64,000 bases of DNA from Candidatus Magasanikbacteria bacterium GW2011_GWA2_56_11 (GTDB taxonomy: Bacteria > Patescibacteriota > Patescibacteriia > Magasanikbacterales > UBA922): NCBI GenBank assembly GCA_001004885.1, contig LCRX01000006.1:35079-99078 (forward strand). Direction: 5' to 3'. Below are positions 19,927 to 30,509 of this stretch, piece after piece; within the stretch, counting starts at the first letter, position 1; each line of letters begins with the position of its first letter. The notes below the pieces were generated by a model. That model ran no database searches, was not told the DNA's origin, and saw nothing but the letters and a program-made list of their open reading frames with translations. The position numbers were made by a program, and so were the translations under genes.

Positions 19927-20550
19927 ATGGGAGAATTTGAAAGAACTCCACGCTCCCTAGAACAAGTATTAAGTGAACGAGGTTTGACCATTGACCCTAT
20001 CGCGGCAGTTCCTGACCATATAACTATCAGACCCCTTGCTAAGGAACTACAAGTGAAAGCTAAAATTGATGTCCTCGGAATTGCTACTGTTGTTTTCTTT
20101 GAAAATCCAGAAGAGGCGGGAAAATTTATGGCAGTCTGGTGCTTCAATGGAGAAGAAACAACGAGAAAATATGGCAATAGGATTGACGTAGAAGCAGAAG
20201 TGGCGGAGTCAATTGAACTTAATTTGCGCAGTGAAAAAGAAAAAAACGAAGCTGTTGTCGAATTATATTCATTAGTTAATAGATACGGCGGCTCTATAAA
20301 GGAAATTCGTGAATTCCCCGCAGATTTAGATGGCACGGGTTCATTTTATATGAAACCTTCAGATTTTGGTCCCGAAGGCCGTACTGTTTTAAGGATGGAT
20401 TTTCCACACGGGATAACGATTTTGTCCTTGCCAGTTTCTGGTCGCGAATTGTATGTCGGTCTTTTTAAGAACGGAAAGTATCAGGGCGGAAATGGAGATT
20501 TTTCGGTTCACGAAATAGAGTCTAATATCAGAATTCTAAACGAAGGATAA
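19927..20550 (+). CDS. hypothetical protein inserted between atpA and atpG (low GC)
   Basis: 207-aa ORF with no recognisable motif. Its composition is far more AT-rich than the surrounding operon. Confidence 0.6.
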   Translation: MGEFERTPRSLEQVLSERGLTIDPIAAVPDHITIRPLAKELQVKAKIDVLGIATVVFFENPEEAGKFMAVWCFNGEETTRKYGNRIDVEAEVAESIELNLRSEKEKNEAVVELYSLVNRYGGSIKEIREFPADLDGTGSFYMKPSDFGPEGRTVLRMDFPHGITILSLPVSGRELYVGLFKNGKYQGGNGDFSVHEIESNIRILNEG

Positions 20551-20558
20551 ATGGTTAT

Positions 20559-21503
20559 ATGGCCGTCAATTCCAAAGCAATTAAACAACGCATCAAGTCG
20601 GTTAAGAACACCAAAAAAATGACCAAGGCCATGGAAATGGTCTCGGCCGCGAAGATGCGCAAAGCCGTCCAGGGTACGCTCGCCACCAGAAGCTACGCGG
20701 TCATGGCGCGCGAGCTCATGGAGGCGCTTTCGGCCGGCATCGAGGTCCAGTCTCCGCTTCTCGAGTACCGCCCGGTGGCGCGGCTTTTGGTGGTGCTTAT
20801 CAGCTCCAATCGCGGACTTTGCGGCAGCTTTAACGCGAATATCTTCAAAAAGGCCAGGCAAATTTTACGGGAGAAACAAAGCCTCGGCCGCCACCGCACG
20901 GCCCGCGGCGAAACGATCGAGCCGGCGGCCGAGATCGCCATTGACATTCTTGGCGTCGGCAAGAAGAGCGCCTGGTTCGCGCGCCAGTCCGGCTATCCGC
21001 TCGTGGCCGCGTTTGACGAGCTTTCCGAGCGGCCCACATTCGAAGAAATCATTCCGATCACGCGCTTCGTGATGGACGCTTTCAGCCAGAAAACTTATGA
21101 CAAGGTCGCCGTTTTGTTCACCGATTACAAGTCGAGTTTGGCCCAGGAAGTGAAGGTCAGACAGCTATTGCCCATTTCGGCTCACGACCTGGAAAAAATG
21201 CTTCGAGACTCGGTTGGGGATGCCGGCGATCCGCGCGGCATCGACTCCGAACATTACGTATTTGAGCCTAGCCCGTCGTTGATCGTACAGACCGTTTTAC
21301 CGCGGCTGGCGGAGGTACAGCTGTATCAGGGAATTTTGGAATCAGCGGCCAGCGAGCACAGCGCCCGCATGGTGGCGATGAAGAGCGCCACCGAAGCGGC
21401 GGGCGAGATGATTGATATGCTGACATTAGAATTCAATAAGGCGCGGCAGGCTTCCATTACTCAAGAAATCGCCGAGATTGCCGGGGGCGCGGCCGCTCTG
21501 TAA
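20559..21503 (+). CDS. atpG: F0F1 ATP synthase subunit gamma
   Basis: N-terminal MAVNSKAIKQRIKSVKNTKKMTKAMEMVSAAKMRKA is the gamma-subunit signature. Confidence 0.9.
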   Translation: MAVNSKAIKQRIKSVKNTKKMTKAMEMVSAAKMRKAVQGTLATRSYAVMARELMEALSAGIEVQSPLLEYRPVARLLVVLISSNRGLCGSFNANIFKKARQILREKQSLGRHRTARGETIEPAAEIAIDILGVGKKSAWFARQSGYPLVAAFDELSERPTFEEIIPITRFVMDAFSQKTYDKVAVLFTDYKSSLAQEVKVRQLLPISAHDLEKMLRDSVGDAGDPRGIDSEHYVFEPSPSLIVQTVLPRLAEVQLYQGILESAASEHSARMVAMKSATEAAGEMIDMLTLEFNKARQASITQEIAEIAGGAAAL

Positions 21504-21527
21504 TAATACACTTAGACACTAGAATAA

Positions 21528-22922
<1,395 letters not shown>

Positions 22923-22930
22923 TCTTTCCT

Positions 22931-23269
22931 ATGAGTAGAGACCGAGAATCGAGGCCAATAAGCCTGATGAGAGAAATGTTGCGTCAGGATTACGCCCAGG
23001 GGGTTCGTATTCTGGCGCGCGACGTCCTGGCGGTGCAGAAAGAACCGGATTGGTCCGGCTATGTCGCCGAGGTGATTGAACATGCCCGGACTGGCGAAAC
23101 ACGCAATCCGGAAGTAGACGCCATTTTGGCGCGGATACTCATGAAAAAACATTATTTAACTCTCGAAGAGATAGTAGCGATATCCGATGACGTCGCCCGA
23201 GAGTGCCTTGTTCTCCTCGGGGGAGATATAGCCGATCATTATGCAGAGTCCGGACAAGCTACAATTTAA
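22931..23269 (+). CDS. hypothetical protein (112 aa) between atpD and atpC
   Basis: Its only support is that it fills a 318-bp gap inside the operon; there is no Shine-Dalgarno and no recognisable motif. Confidence 0.3.
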   Translation: MSRDRESRPISLMREMLRQDYAQGVRILARDVLAVQKEPDWSGYVAEVIEHARTGETRNPEVDAILARILMKKHYLTLEEIVAISDDVARECLVLLGGDIADHYAESGQATI

Positions 23270-23669
23270 GCTCGTTACTCCCGATGGCATCGTCTACGAC
23301 GACGCCATCGACCAGGTCAGCATCCCGACAGCCGCGGGCGAGATTACGGTTTTGCCGCGTCATATTCCGCTCGTTTCGATTATCAGCGCGGGAGAACTAA
23401 GGCTAAAAAAGGATGGCGCCGAGATACCGCTCGTAGTCTCCGGCGGTGTTCTGGAGATTCGTCCGGGCAGCCAACTTTACGTTCTGGCCGATACCGCGGA
23501 GAGAGCCGAGCATATCGACATGGAACGCGCGGAAGCGGCCCGGGCGCGCGCCGAAGAGCTTATGAAACAGAAGGAACAGATGGCCGATGTCGACTTTGCC
23601 CGCTTGCAGGCCAAAATGGAAAAAGAACTGGCCCGCCTGCGCGTCGGCAGAAAGTACCGGAAAATTTAG
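23241..23669 (+). CDS. atpC: F0F1 ATP synthase subunit epsilon
   Basis: N-terminal beta-sandwich (LVTPDGIVYDDAIDQVSIPTAAGEITVLP) plus a C-terminal helical hairpin. Confidence 0.85.
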   Translation: MQSPDKLQFKLVTPDGIVYDDAIDQVSIPTAAGEITVLPRHIPLVSIISAGELRLKKDGAEIPLVVSGGVLEIRPGSQLYVLADTAERAEHIDMERAEAARARAEELMKQKEQMADVDFARLQAKMEKELARLRVGRKYRKI

Positions 23670-23765
23670 CCGGCGGCAGCCAGGATTCTCTCTCCCCGAC
23701 GCGCCCGGCTTGGTGCCGCCTTTGGCTCGGGCGCGGATGTCCTCCAGACCGGACTCTCTGCCCCC

Positions 23766-23794
23766 TTGACATCAGACCGGGTTTCGGATATATT
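23766..23794 (+). promoter_or_regulatory. near-consensus sigma70 promoter
   Basis: TTGACA, a 17-bp spacer, then TATATT. Confidence 0.6.
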
Positions 23795-23838
23795 GTTTTG
23801 TACGTTTATCCTTATTCATCTATCTATCCTAATCGTAT

Positions 23839-23958
23839 ATGAAGTGCTCACAGTGCGCGACCATGATCGAGGGGGACATGCAGTGCCCTGATTGCGGGGT
23901 GTGCGAGCTGTGCTGCAATTGCAGCACCATGTCGTACGACAGCTCGGCCGAGGAATAG
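23839..23958 (+). CDS. 39-aa cysteine-rich peptide (8 Cys; CxxC-x9-CxxC-xx-CxxCC-x-C)
   Basis: ATG...TAG, translating to MKCSQCATMIEGDMQCPDCGVCELCCNCSTMSYDSSAEE. It sits between a consensus promoter and a clean terminator. It is not in the ORF track because it is shorter than 60 aa. Confidence 0.5.
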   Translation: MKCSQCATMIEGDMQCPDCGVCELCCNCSTMSYDSSAEE

Positions 23959-23983
23959 CTCTCGGTTTGGCATTTTATTGAAT

Positions 23984-24012
23984 CCCGCAGAGAGCTGCGG
24001 GTTTTTATTTTG
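23984..24012 (+). terminator. rho-independent terminator
   Basis: CCCGCAG-AGAG-CTGCGGG followed by TTTTTATTTT. Confidence 0.65.
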
Positions 24013-24072
24013 GGGCGCGGGGTAGAAAAAATTATCCCGTTTATCTATACTAGCAATAGCGCCGACCGGCTT

Positions 24073-25830
24073 ATGAATTACCACACGGGTTTAACGCTTA
24101 GGATTTACCTGCGGCACATCCTCCAGTACAAGTGGAGTTTTTTTGGGCTGCTCTTGTTTGTAGTGGTTGGCTCTGCCGTGGGCGTCATCATTCCTCTTTA
24201 CTATAAACAATTTTTTGATACCCTTTCCGACCCGAGCATCGCCGCCGTCCGCGAGCGTCTGGTAACTGTTCTCTTTGCCATCGCGGCTCTGCACACAGCC
24301 GAAGTAATATTGTGGCGCGGCGCCGGTTTTGTCAACAATTATTTTGAGCCGTACGTTACCGCCGCCATAGGCAATTACTGCTTCGGCTACCTGCACCGGC
24401 ATTCTTTCAGTTTTTTCAGCGGTCATTTTGTCGGCGCGCTGGTCCGGCGCGTCAACAAGTTTACGGGTTCGTTCGAACGGATTTTGGACCGATGCGTTTG
24501 GAACATCCTCCAACTGGTCGTAAACGTGGCCGTGATTTTATTCGTGCTTTCCTCACGCGACCGGCGCCTCATGGTTATTGTCCTTGTTTGGACCATTTTA
24601 TTTTCTCTTATCAACTGGTTTATCACCGGGTACAAGATGAAATACGACGTGCGCCGCAGCGAGGCCGAGACCCGGGCCAACGGCATTCTGGCGGACACGA
24701 TTACCAACAATGTCAACGTCAAGCTGTTCAACGGATACGCGCGCGAGCGCTCCCTCTACGCGCAAGCCCTCTTTGTGGTCCGGCGCTTGCGCAAGTTCAC
24801 CTGGGACCTGGACGTGATGTTTGAAACGGTCCAGGCGACGCTCATGGTGGCGCTCGAGATCGGCATTTTTTACTTCGCCATTGGCTTGTGGGAGAACGGA
24901 ACCCTCACGGTCGGCGATTTTGTGCTTATCCAGTCGTATCTTCTGACCATCTTCCTGCGGGTCTGGGATTTTGGCAAGATTATCCGCGACATTTTCACCG
25001 ATCTGGCCGATGCCGAAGATATGGCCGTTGTTTTGGATACGCCGCACGAAATCCAGGACATACCGCATGCCCGGCCGCTCGCGGTTAAAGGCGGCAACAT
25101 CCTCTTCAAGGACGTCAGCTTTTACTACCACAGCACGCGGCCGATTATCACCCATTTTAATCTGCATATCCGGCCGCACGAGCGGCTGGCGCTGGTGGGG
25201 CCCTCCGGCGCGGGCAAGTCAACACTCGTTAAACTCCTCATGCGCATGCACGATATCACGGACGGCAAAGTTTTCATTGACGAACAGGAAATCCGCAAGG
25301 TAACGCAGGAAAGCCTCTGGCAGGGTATTAGCTTTGTTCCGCAAGAGCCGATTCTGTTTCACCGGACGCTGATGGAAAACATCCGCTACGGCGCTCCGGA
25401 GGCGACCGACGACCAGGTAATGGCAGCCGCCCAAAAAGCCCACTGCCACGAGTTCATCAGGGATTTTCCCGAGGGCTACCAGACTTTTGTCGGCGAACGC
25501 GGCGTCAAACTCTCGGGCGGCGAGCGCCAACGGGTGGCGATCGCGCGCGCCATCCTGCGCAACGCCCCGATTTTGATCCTCGACGAGGCCACGTCGAGCC
25601 TCGATTCCGAGTCCGAACGCCTGATACAGGCTGCGCTCGACATGCTCATGAAGAAAAAGACGGTCATTGTCATCGCGCACCGCCTGTCGACCATCATGAA
25701 GATGGACCGCATCGTGGTCATAGACCGGGGGCAGATAACGGAAGAGGGGACCCACGCGGAGCTTATTCGCAAGCGCAGCGGCCTTTACCACAAGCTCTGG
25801 AGCTTGCAGGCCGGCGGGTTTTTGCAGTAA
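24073..25830 (+). CDS. ABC transporter, fused permease and ATPase (exporter type)
   Basis: Six N-terminal TM segments, then Walker A GPSGAGKST, the LSGGERQRVAIARA signature and Walker B ILILDEATS. The ATG at 24073 is preferred over the TTG at 24010. Confidence 0.85.
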   Translation: MNYHTGLTLRIYLRHILQYKWSFFGLLLFVVVGSAVGVIIPLYYKQFFDTLSDPSIAAVRERLVTVLFAIAALHTAEVILWRGAGFVNNYFEPYVTAAIGNYCFGYLHRHSFSFFSGHFVGALVRRVNKFTGSFERILDRCVWNILQLVVNVAVILFVLSSRDRRLMVIVLVWTILFSLINWFITGYKMKYDVRRSEAETRANGILADTITNNVNVKLFNGYARERSLYAQALFVVRRLRKFTWDLDVMFETVQATLMVALEIGIFYFAIGLWENGTLTVGDFVLIQSYLLTIFLRVWDFGKIIRDIFTDLADAEDMAVVLDTPHEIQDIPHARPLAVKGGNILFKDVSFYYHSTRPIITHFNLHIRPHERLALVGPSGAGKSTLVKLLMRMHDITDGKVFIDEQEIRKVTQESLWQGISFVPQEPILFHRTLMENIRYGAPEATDDQVMAAAQKAHCHEFIRDFPEGYQTFVGERGVKLSGGERQRVAIARAILRNAPILILDEATSSLDSESERLIQAALDMLMKKKTVIVIAHRLSTIMKMDRIVVIDRGQITEEGTHAELIRKRSGLYHKLWSLQAGGFLQ

Positions 25831-25857
25831 ACTAGGCTTATATAACGGATAATTTTT

Positions 25858-26502
25858 ATGCGCATCACCAAGTTTGGTCATTCTTGTCTGCTCGTCGAAG
25901 AAGACGAGGCCCGCATACTTATTGACCCGGGGAGCTGGACTAGCGCCCAGAATGGGCTCAAGAATCTTGACGTTATTCTGATTACCCATGAACATAATGA
26001 CCATTGCGATCTGGCTTCTATCCAGGCTTTGCTCGCGGGCAATCCCGGCGTAGTTATACTTACCAATAGCGGCGTCAAGAAAAAACTCGCGGCCGCCGGA
26101 ATCGCGGGCCAGATTCTCGAAGACGGTGCCAGCACCCAAGTGAAAGGCGTCAAGATTCTAGCCTGCGGCCGGGATCATGCCGTGATCTACGAAACTATTC
26201 CGCCGGTCGCGAATACTGGTTATCTTATTGCCGAGCGTTTTTTCGCGCCCGGAGATACGGTAACCGCAATCCCGCCGCAACCGGTGGAAATTTTGGCGCT
26301 TCCTGTCGTGGCTCCCTGGACCAAGCTGGCGGAATGTCTCGATTACGCCCGGAAAATCAAGCCCCAGGTTTGTTTTCCGGTTCACGACGGTATGGCCAAA
26401 GAGGGCGCGTTCGACAAACATCCCCAGAACATCCTGCCCGGCTTTGGCATCGAGGTAGTCATACCGCAGCCGGGAGTGCCTATGGACTTTCAGCCATTTT
26501 AG
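25858..26502 (+). CDS. MBL-fold metallo-hydrolase
   Basis: HEHNDHCD metal-binding motif. Confidence 0.7.
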   Translation: MRITKFGHSCLLVEEDEARILIDPGSWTSAQNGLKNLDVILITHEHNDHCDLASIQALLAGNPGVVILTNSGVKKKLAAAGIAGQILEDGASTQVKGVKILACGRDHAVIYETIPPVANTGYLIAERFFAPGDTVTAIPPQPVEILALPVVAPWTKLAECLDYARKIKPQVCFPVHDGMAKEGAFDKHPQNILPGFGIEVVIPQPGVPMDFQPF

Positions 26503-26552
26503 GATTATGCTTTGTCTAGCTAATTTTCATTTTTGGCCTTAACTCAAATCCT

Positions 26553-27743
26553 ATGGTTCAAGGTGAAACTCGACCCCAAGATATAACCAGGGAGACAGTC
26601 GAAACAGGAGAGAGGTTGCACCCGGTCGTGGCGGATGTATTCGCCGACCTGGAAGGAGAAAACGGAAGAAATTATGAAGGCGATAATTTGGAGACGATTA
26701 GACGCCGAACTCGGGAAACAAACGGGCGTAAGCCCTTTGACGAAGAAAAAGTATTGGTCCAAGAATTAACCAGCCAGTTATGGCCCGTGGATAAGCTAGA
26801 TCCCCATGTGGTCAAGCGGGCCAGAACGATCCTCAGCGAAAAAGCCAACAATCATCTTGACGATCGGGTGGGCCGGGCAGAGTTTAAAATTGAACGAGAT
26901 ATCTCGGATGAAGAAGCTATCGAAATGGCCCGCGCGATGCAGATGCGGTTTTTTGCCGAGCGGGCCGTGAAGGGCGCTACCTACCCGGGTTATGCTGCCA
27001 GGGCGCTGGAGCCGCTTGCCGGCTGCAGGGTGACGGAGATGGATGGCGATCGAAAAATGATCGATACCCGCAAACCTGATGAACCTACCCCCCACCGGAT
27101 CGTCGCCGGGCCGGAGCAATTTCGAGTCGCCGACGAACAAGTGGTCGACGCCTACAATACTTTTAGGGCTTTTTTGGATCTCAAAGGAACTAAATTAACC
27201 CTGGACCAGGCGGACGCGGCTGAATTCAAAAGGCGTTTTCCGAATTTGAGGCTAAACAGCGAAGGCCTGGCTTATCTTGCCGGCGGCAACGATCAGCAAC
27301 GCCGCGATAATCTGCAAACGGCCGAGCGGGATTACCTGATGGTAAGAGAAAAACTGGCTGAACGCCTGCAGAGTGAACTTGGCGGCAGCGAGCCCTTGAC
27401 GGAAAATCAGCTGCGCAGACGCCTCAAAGAGGTGGAAGCTGAAAACAGGCAGCTGCATGGAGATTTAGAGTTAGAACAGGACAACAGGCGGTCGGCCGAA
27501 CAGCGCGCCGAAGCAGCCGAGCGTAATGTCGGAATTGCTGAAGTGGAAGAAAAAGGATTGCGGCTCGCGGCCACGGAGGCCAAGAAGAAGGGCGAGGCTA
27601 ATGTTGAGGCCTTGAAAAGGGATGTAAACGCCAAGCTGGCGGAGATACAAGCGCTCCTAGCCGGGGCCAGGTTCGGCAATAAGGGTGAGGTGATAGAAGG
27701 AGCCCAGGGGGCCATAACTGAATTGTTAAAGTCCCTTAAGTAA
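26553..27743 (+). CDS. hypothetical charged protein with a C-terminal coiled coil
   Basis: 396 aa with no TM segment. The last ~120 aa are heptad-like and rich in E, R, K, A and L. Confidence 0.5.
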   Translation: MVQGETRPQDITRETVETGERLHPVVADVFADLEGENGRNYEGDNLETIRRRTRETNGRKPFDEEKVLVQELTSQLWPVDKLDPHVVKRARTILSEKANNHLDDRVGRAEFKIERDISDEEAIEMARAMQMRFFAERAVKGATYPGYAARALEPLAGCRVTEMDGDRKMIDTRKPDEPTPHRIVAGPEQFRVADEQVVDAYNTFRAFLDLKGTKLTLDQADAAEFKRRFPNLRLNSEGLAYLAGGNDQQRRDNLQTAERDYLMVREKLAERLQSELGGSEPLTENQLRRRLKEVEAENRQLHGDLELEQDNRRSAEQRAEAAERNVGIAEVEEKGLRLAATEAKKKGEANVEALKRDVNAKLAEIQALLAGARFGNKGEVIEGAQGAITELLKSLK

Positions 27744-27840
27744 AAGAGATTTTCGTGTCTGCCTTTGGCCATATATTTTTTTCGGGGCATGAGATAGCTG
27801 CCGCGAAGTATGTCTCCTGTTTTGGGGATATGACGTATAA

Positions 27841-27869
27841 TTGACAGTCGGTGAACTGCTGAGTATTAT
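27841..27869 (+). promoter_or_regulatory. near-consensus sigma70 promoter for the complex-I-like operon
   Basis: TTGACA, a 17-bp spacer, then TATTAT, 44 nt upstream of the first ATG. Confidence 0.6.
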
Positions 27870-27912
27870 ATAGCCAACGGGATTATATTTTTGCCGCCGC
27901 CGGCGCGGATAT

Positions 27913-28434
27913 ATGCTTAAGCTGTACGCCAAGATATTCGCCACTCCCCAGACAGCGATCGGCCTGCCGGAACTCAAGGACGGGGAGGTCGAAATCGTTG
28001 GAAAAAAAATCGCGGCCAAAGTGGCCAAGCTGTTTCGCGGCTCGCTCGCTATCCGCGAGGTGGACGCCGGCTCGACCAACGCCTGCGAGCAGGAGCTGAC
28101 CGCGCTCGGGAATTCTTATTACGACGTCGAGAGATTCGGCATTCATTTCGTCGCCTCGCCCCGGCACGCCGACATGCTTATGGTTACCGGACCCGTGTCG
28201 AGAAACATGAAAGAGGCGCTCATCCGGACGTATGAGGCCACGCCAGACCCGAAAATCGTGGTGGCGGTCGGCGACGACGCCATAGACGGCGGGATTTTTA
28301 AGGGCTCCTATGCCGTCCTCGACGGGGTCCACAACGTCATTCCGGTTGATTTCCGGATTCCCGGCGATCCGCCGTCGCCCAAAACGATTTTGATCCATTT
28401 GCTTAAAATTCTCGAGATCATCGATTCCCGCTAA
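27913..28434 (+). CDS. NuoB / hydrogenase small-subunit-like protein lacking the Fe-S cluster cysteines
   Basis: The NuoB fold motifs are present but the ligands are replaced. GSTNACEQE stands in for CCxxE, VAVGDDAIDGG for GxCAxxGG, and IPGDPPSP for GCPPRP. The whole protein has a single Cys. Confidence 0.75.
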   Translation: MLKLYAKIFATPQTAIGLPELKDGEVEIVGKKIAAKVAKLFRGSLAIREVDAGSTNACEQELTALGNSYYDVERFGIHFVASPRHADMLMVTGPVSRNMKEALIRTYEATPDPKIVVAVGDDAIDGGIFKGSYAVLDGVHNVIPVDFRIPGDPPSPKTILIHLLKILEIIDSR

Positions 28435-28459
28435 GCTGTCCGGCCGGCAGCCTTCATTT

Positions 28460-30505
28460 ATGTTTACCGCGGTCAGCGCCCAATCAAGTTTTTTCCTCGC
28501 CCTCCTGTTTTTGGGGCTGGGATCGCTGGGTTCTGCTTGCCTGTGGAAAAAAGACGCGGCCGCCAATTGGTGGGGCAACCTCTGCGCGATAACGGCGTCT
28601 GTGTTTGGGCTGCTGTCGGCCATCCGCGTTCTTCTTGGCGGGGCCGCGTTTTCTTTGGCGGCCGATTCCCCGCTGGGGGCGCTGTCATTTTCCTTTACGG
28701 TTGATAAACTGTCCGCTTTTTTCATTTTTGTTATCTCGCTCATCGCCCTGCCGGCCTCCATTTATGGCCTGGGTTACGTGAAGCATTACTACGGCAGATA
28801 TTCTCCCGGCGTCCTCGGTTTTTTCTACAATCTTTTTCTGGCCGGCCTGTTTTTGGTCGTGAGCGCCGATAATGCCCTTTTTTTCCTGACAGTTTGGGAA
28901 ATCATGTCCCTGGCTTCGTACTTTTTGGTCATTTTCGAACACCGCGAGCCGGATAATATCAGCGCCGGCACGCGTTACTTTATCATGACCCACGCCGGGA
29001 CCGCTTGTATCATACTGGCGTTTCTTGTCTTGTATCGTTTTACGGGATCGTTTGAGTTTGACGTCATCAGGGAAAATTTCGCCGCTGTTCCGGCCTACGC
29101 AAAGAATATTGTTTTTTTGCTCACGCTCGCCGGTTTTGGCACCAAGGCCGGCATTATACCGCTGCACATTTGGCTGCCAAGCGCGCACCCGGCGGCGCCG
29201 ACGCACGTGTCCGCGCTCATGTCCGGGGTCATGATAAAAACCGGCATTTACATGTTTATCCGGATTTTGATTGATTTCTCGCCTGGCGCGCCGTTGTGGT
29301 GGGGGATAGCGGTTCTCCTGATTGGAGCGGCGTCATCGCTTTTCGGCGTTTTGTACGCCCTCACGGAGCATGACATTAAGAAACTGTTGGCTTATCACAG
29401 TATCGAGAATATCGGCATCATTCTTTTGGGCCTGGGCAGCGCGCTTGTTTTTTGGGCTGCCGGAGCGGAATCACTCGCCATGCTCGGTCTCATCGCGGCC
29501 TTGTTCCACACCCTCAATCACGCCGTTTTCAAGGCGCTGCTGTTTTTGGGCGCCGGCTCGGTTATCTCCCAGACGCGCACCCGCAACATGGAGGAGTACG
29601 GCGGCCTGATACGGACTATGCCTTATACCGCGGCTTTGTTTCTGACCGGTTCTCTGGCCATATCGGCTTTGCCGCCTTTCAATGGTTTTGCGAGCGAATG
29701 GCTGACTTTTCAGTCGCTTTTTAGCGGGTTCGGGTCATTCGGCCGTTCGGTGGCCGGGGTATTCGCGCTCTCGGCCGGAGCGCTGGCCTTTACTGGCGGC
29801 CTGGCCGCGGCCTGTTTTGTCAAAGCATTCGGCGCGACCTTCTTGGCGCGGCCGCGCAGTGTCGAAGCCGCGCGCTCCAGAGAGTCGGCGCCCTCCATGG
29901 TGCTGGGCATGGGCGTGCTTGCCCTGCTAACGCTCGTCATTGGAATTTTTTCCGGAGTCGTTTCCCGCGTGCTCTCGGTCGTGGTCGCCGACCGGCCGGG
30001 ATTCTCTACGGTGCCGGTTCCTGTTTCCGTCCCGGCCGCGAGCCTGAGCCTGGGCAGCGGTTTCGCCGCGATGTCTTTGCCGCTCGTCTTTGTGTCCCTG
30101 GCCGCCGTGAGCGCGCTGGTGGCTTTTTTGACGTATCTCGCGACGGCCGGCCGGCGCGTAAAAATTGGCCGCACCTGGGATTGCGGTACCGACCTCACCC
30201 CCCGCATGGAGATAACCGCGACCGGGTTTTCCCGTTCTCTCATTTCGATATTTCGGGGAATATTAAAGCCGAGCAAACAGACTACCATCGAGTATCGCGA
30301 CGCGGATAGCCGGTTTTTCCCCCAGACCAGATCGGTTAAACTGGAGATTAAAGATGTTTACAGCGCTTATTTTTACCGTCCGGTCGAGCGCCTGACAATG
30401 GCTCTGGCGGCGCAGATAAAAAAAATCCAGTGCGGCAATGTAAACGCCTATATCGTTTACTTGTTTGCCGCCCTGATAGCGCTTTTAGTCTGGGCTGTGA
30501 TCTAA
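28460..30505 (+). CDS. HyfB / NuoL / MrpA-like antiporter-type membrane subunit
   Basis: 681 aa and polytopic, with FLTVWEIMSLASYFLV and WLPSAHPAAPTHVSAL motifs. Confidence 0.8.
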   Translation: MFTAVSAQSSFFLALLFLGLGSLGSACLWKKDAAANWWGNLCAITASVFGLLSAIRVLLGGAAFSLAADSPLGALSFSFTVDKLSAFFIFVISLIALPASIYGLGYVKHYYGRYSPGVLGFFYNLFLAGLFLVVSADNALFFLTVWEIMSLASYFLVIFEHREPDNISAGTRYFIMTHAGTACIILAFLVLYRFTGSFEFDVIRENFAAVPAYAKNIVFLLTLAGFGTKAGIIPLHIWLPSAHPAAPTHVSALMSGVMIKTGIYMFIRILIDFSPGAPLWWGIAVLLIGAASSLFGVLYALTEHDIKKLLAYHSIENIGIILLGLGSALVFWAAGAESLAMLGLIAALFHTLNHAVFKALLFLGAGSVISQTRTRNMEEYGGLIRTMPYTAALFLTGSLAISALPPFNGFASEWLTFQSLFSGFGSFGRSVAGVFALSAGALAFTGGLAAACFVKAFGATFLARPRSVEAARSRESAPSMVLGMGVLALLTLVIGIFSGVVSRVLSVVVADRPGFSTVPVPVSVPAASLSLGSGFAAMSLPLVFVSLAAVSALVAFLTYLATAGRRVKIGRTWDCGTDLTPRMEITATGFSRSLISIFRGILKPSKQTTIEYRDADSRFFPQTRSVKLEIKDVYSAYFYRPVERLTMALAAQIKKIQCGNVNAYIVYLFAALIALLVWAVI

Positions 30506-30509
30506 TTTT

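Noticed and set aside
23670-23760. GC-rich hairpin (CGCGCCCG ... CGGGCGCG) after atpC.
   Set aside because: It has no T-tract and a 20-nt loop. It could be a terminator of a different type, but the evidence is too weak to annotate.
24010-24072. TTG start for the ABC transporter, as proposed by the ORF track.
   Set aside because: It would begin inside the upstream terminator hairpin. The ATG at 24073 directly precedes the first TM segment. Several other ORF-track starts are likewise TTG or GTG (13553, 37120, 57320, 59845) and were adjusted or flagged.
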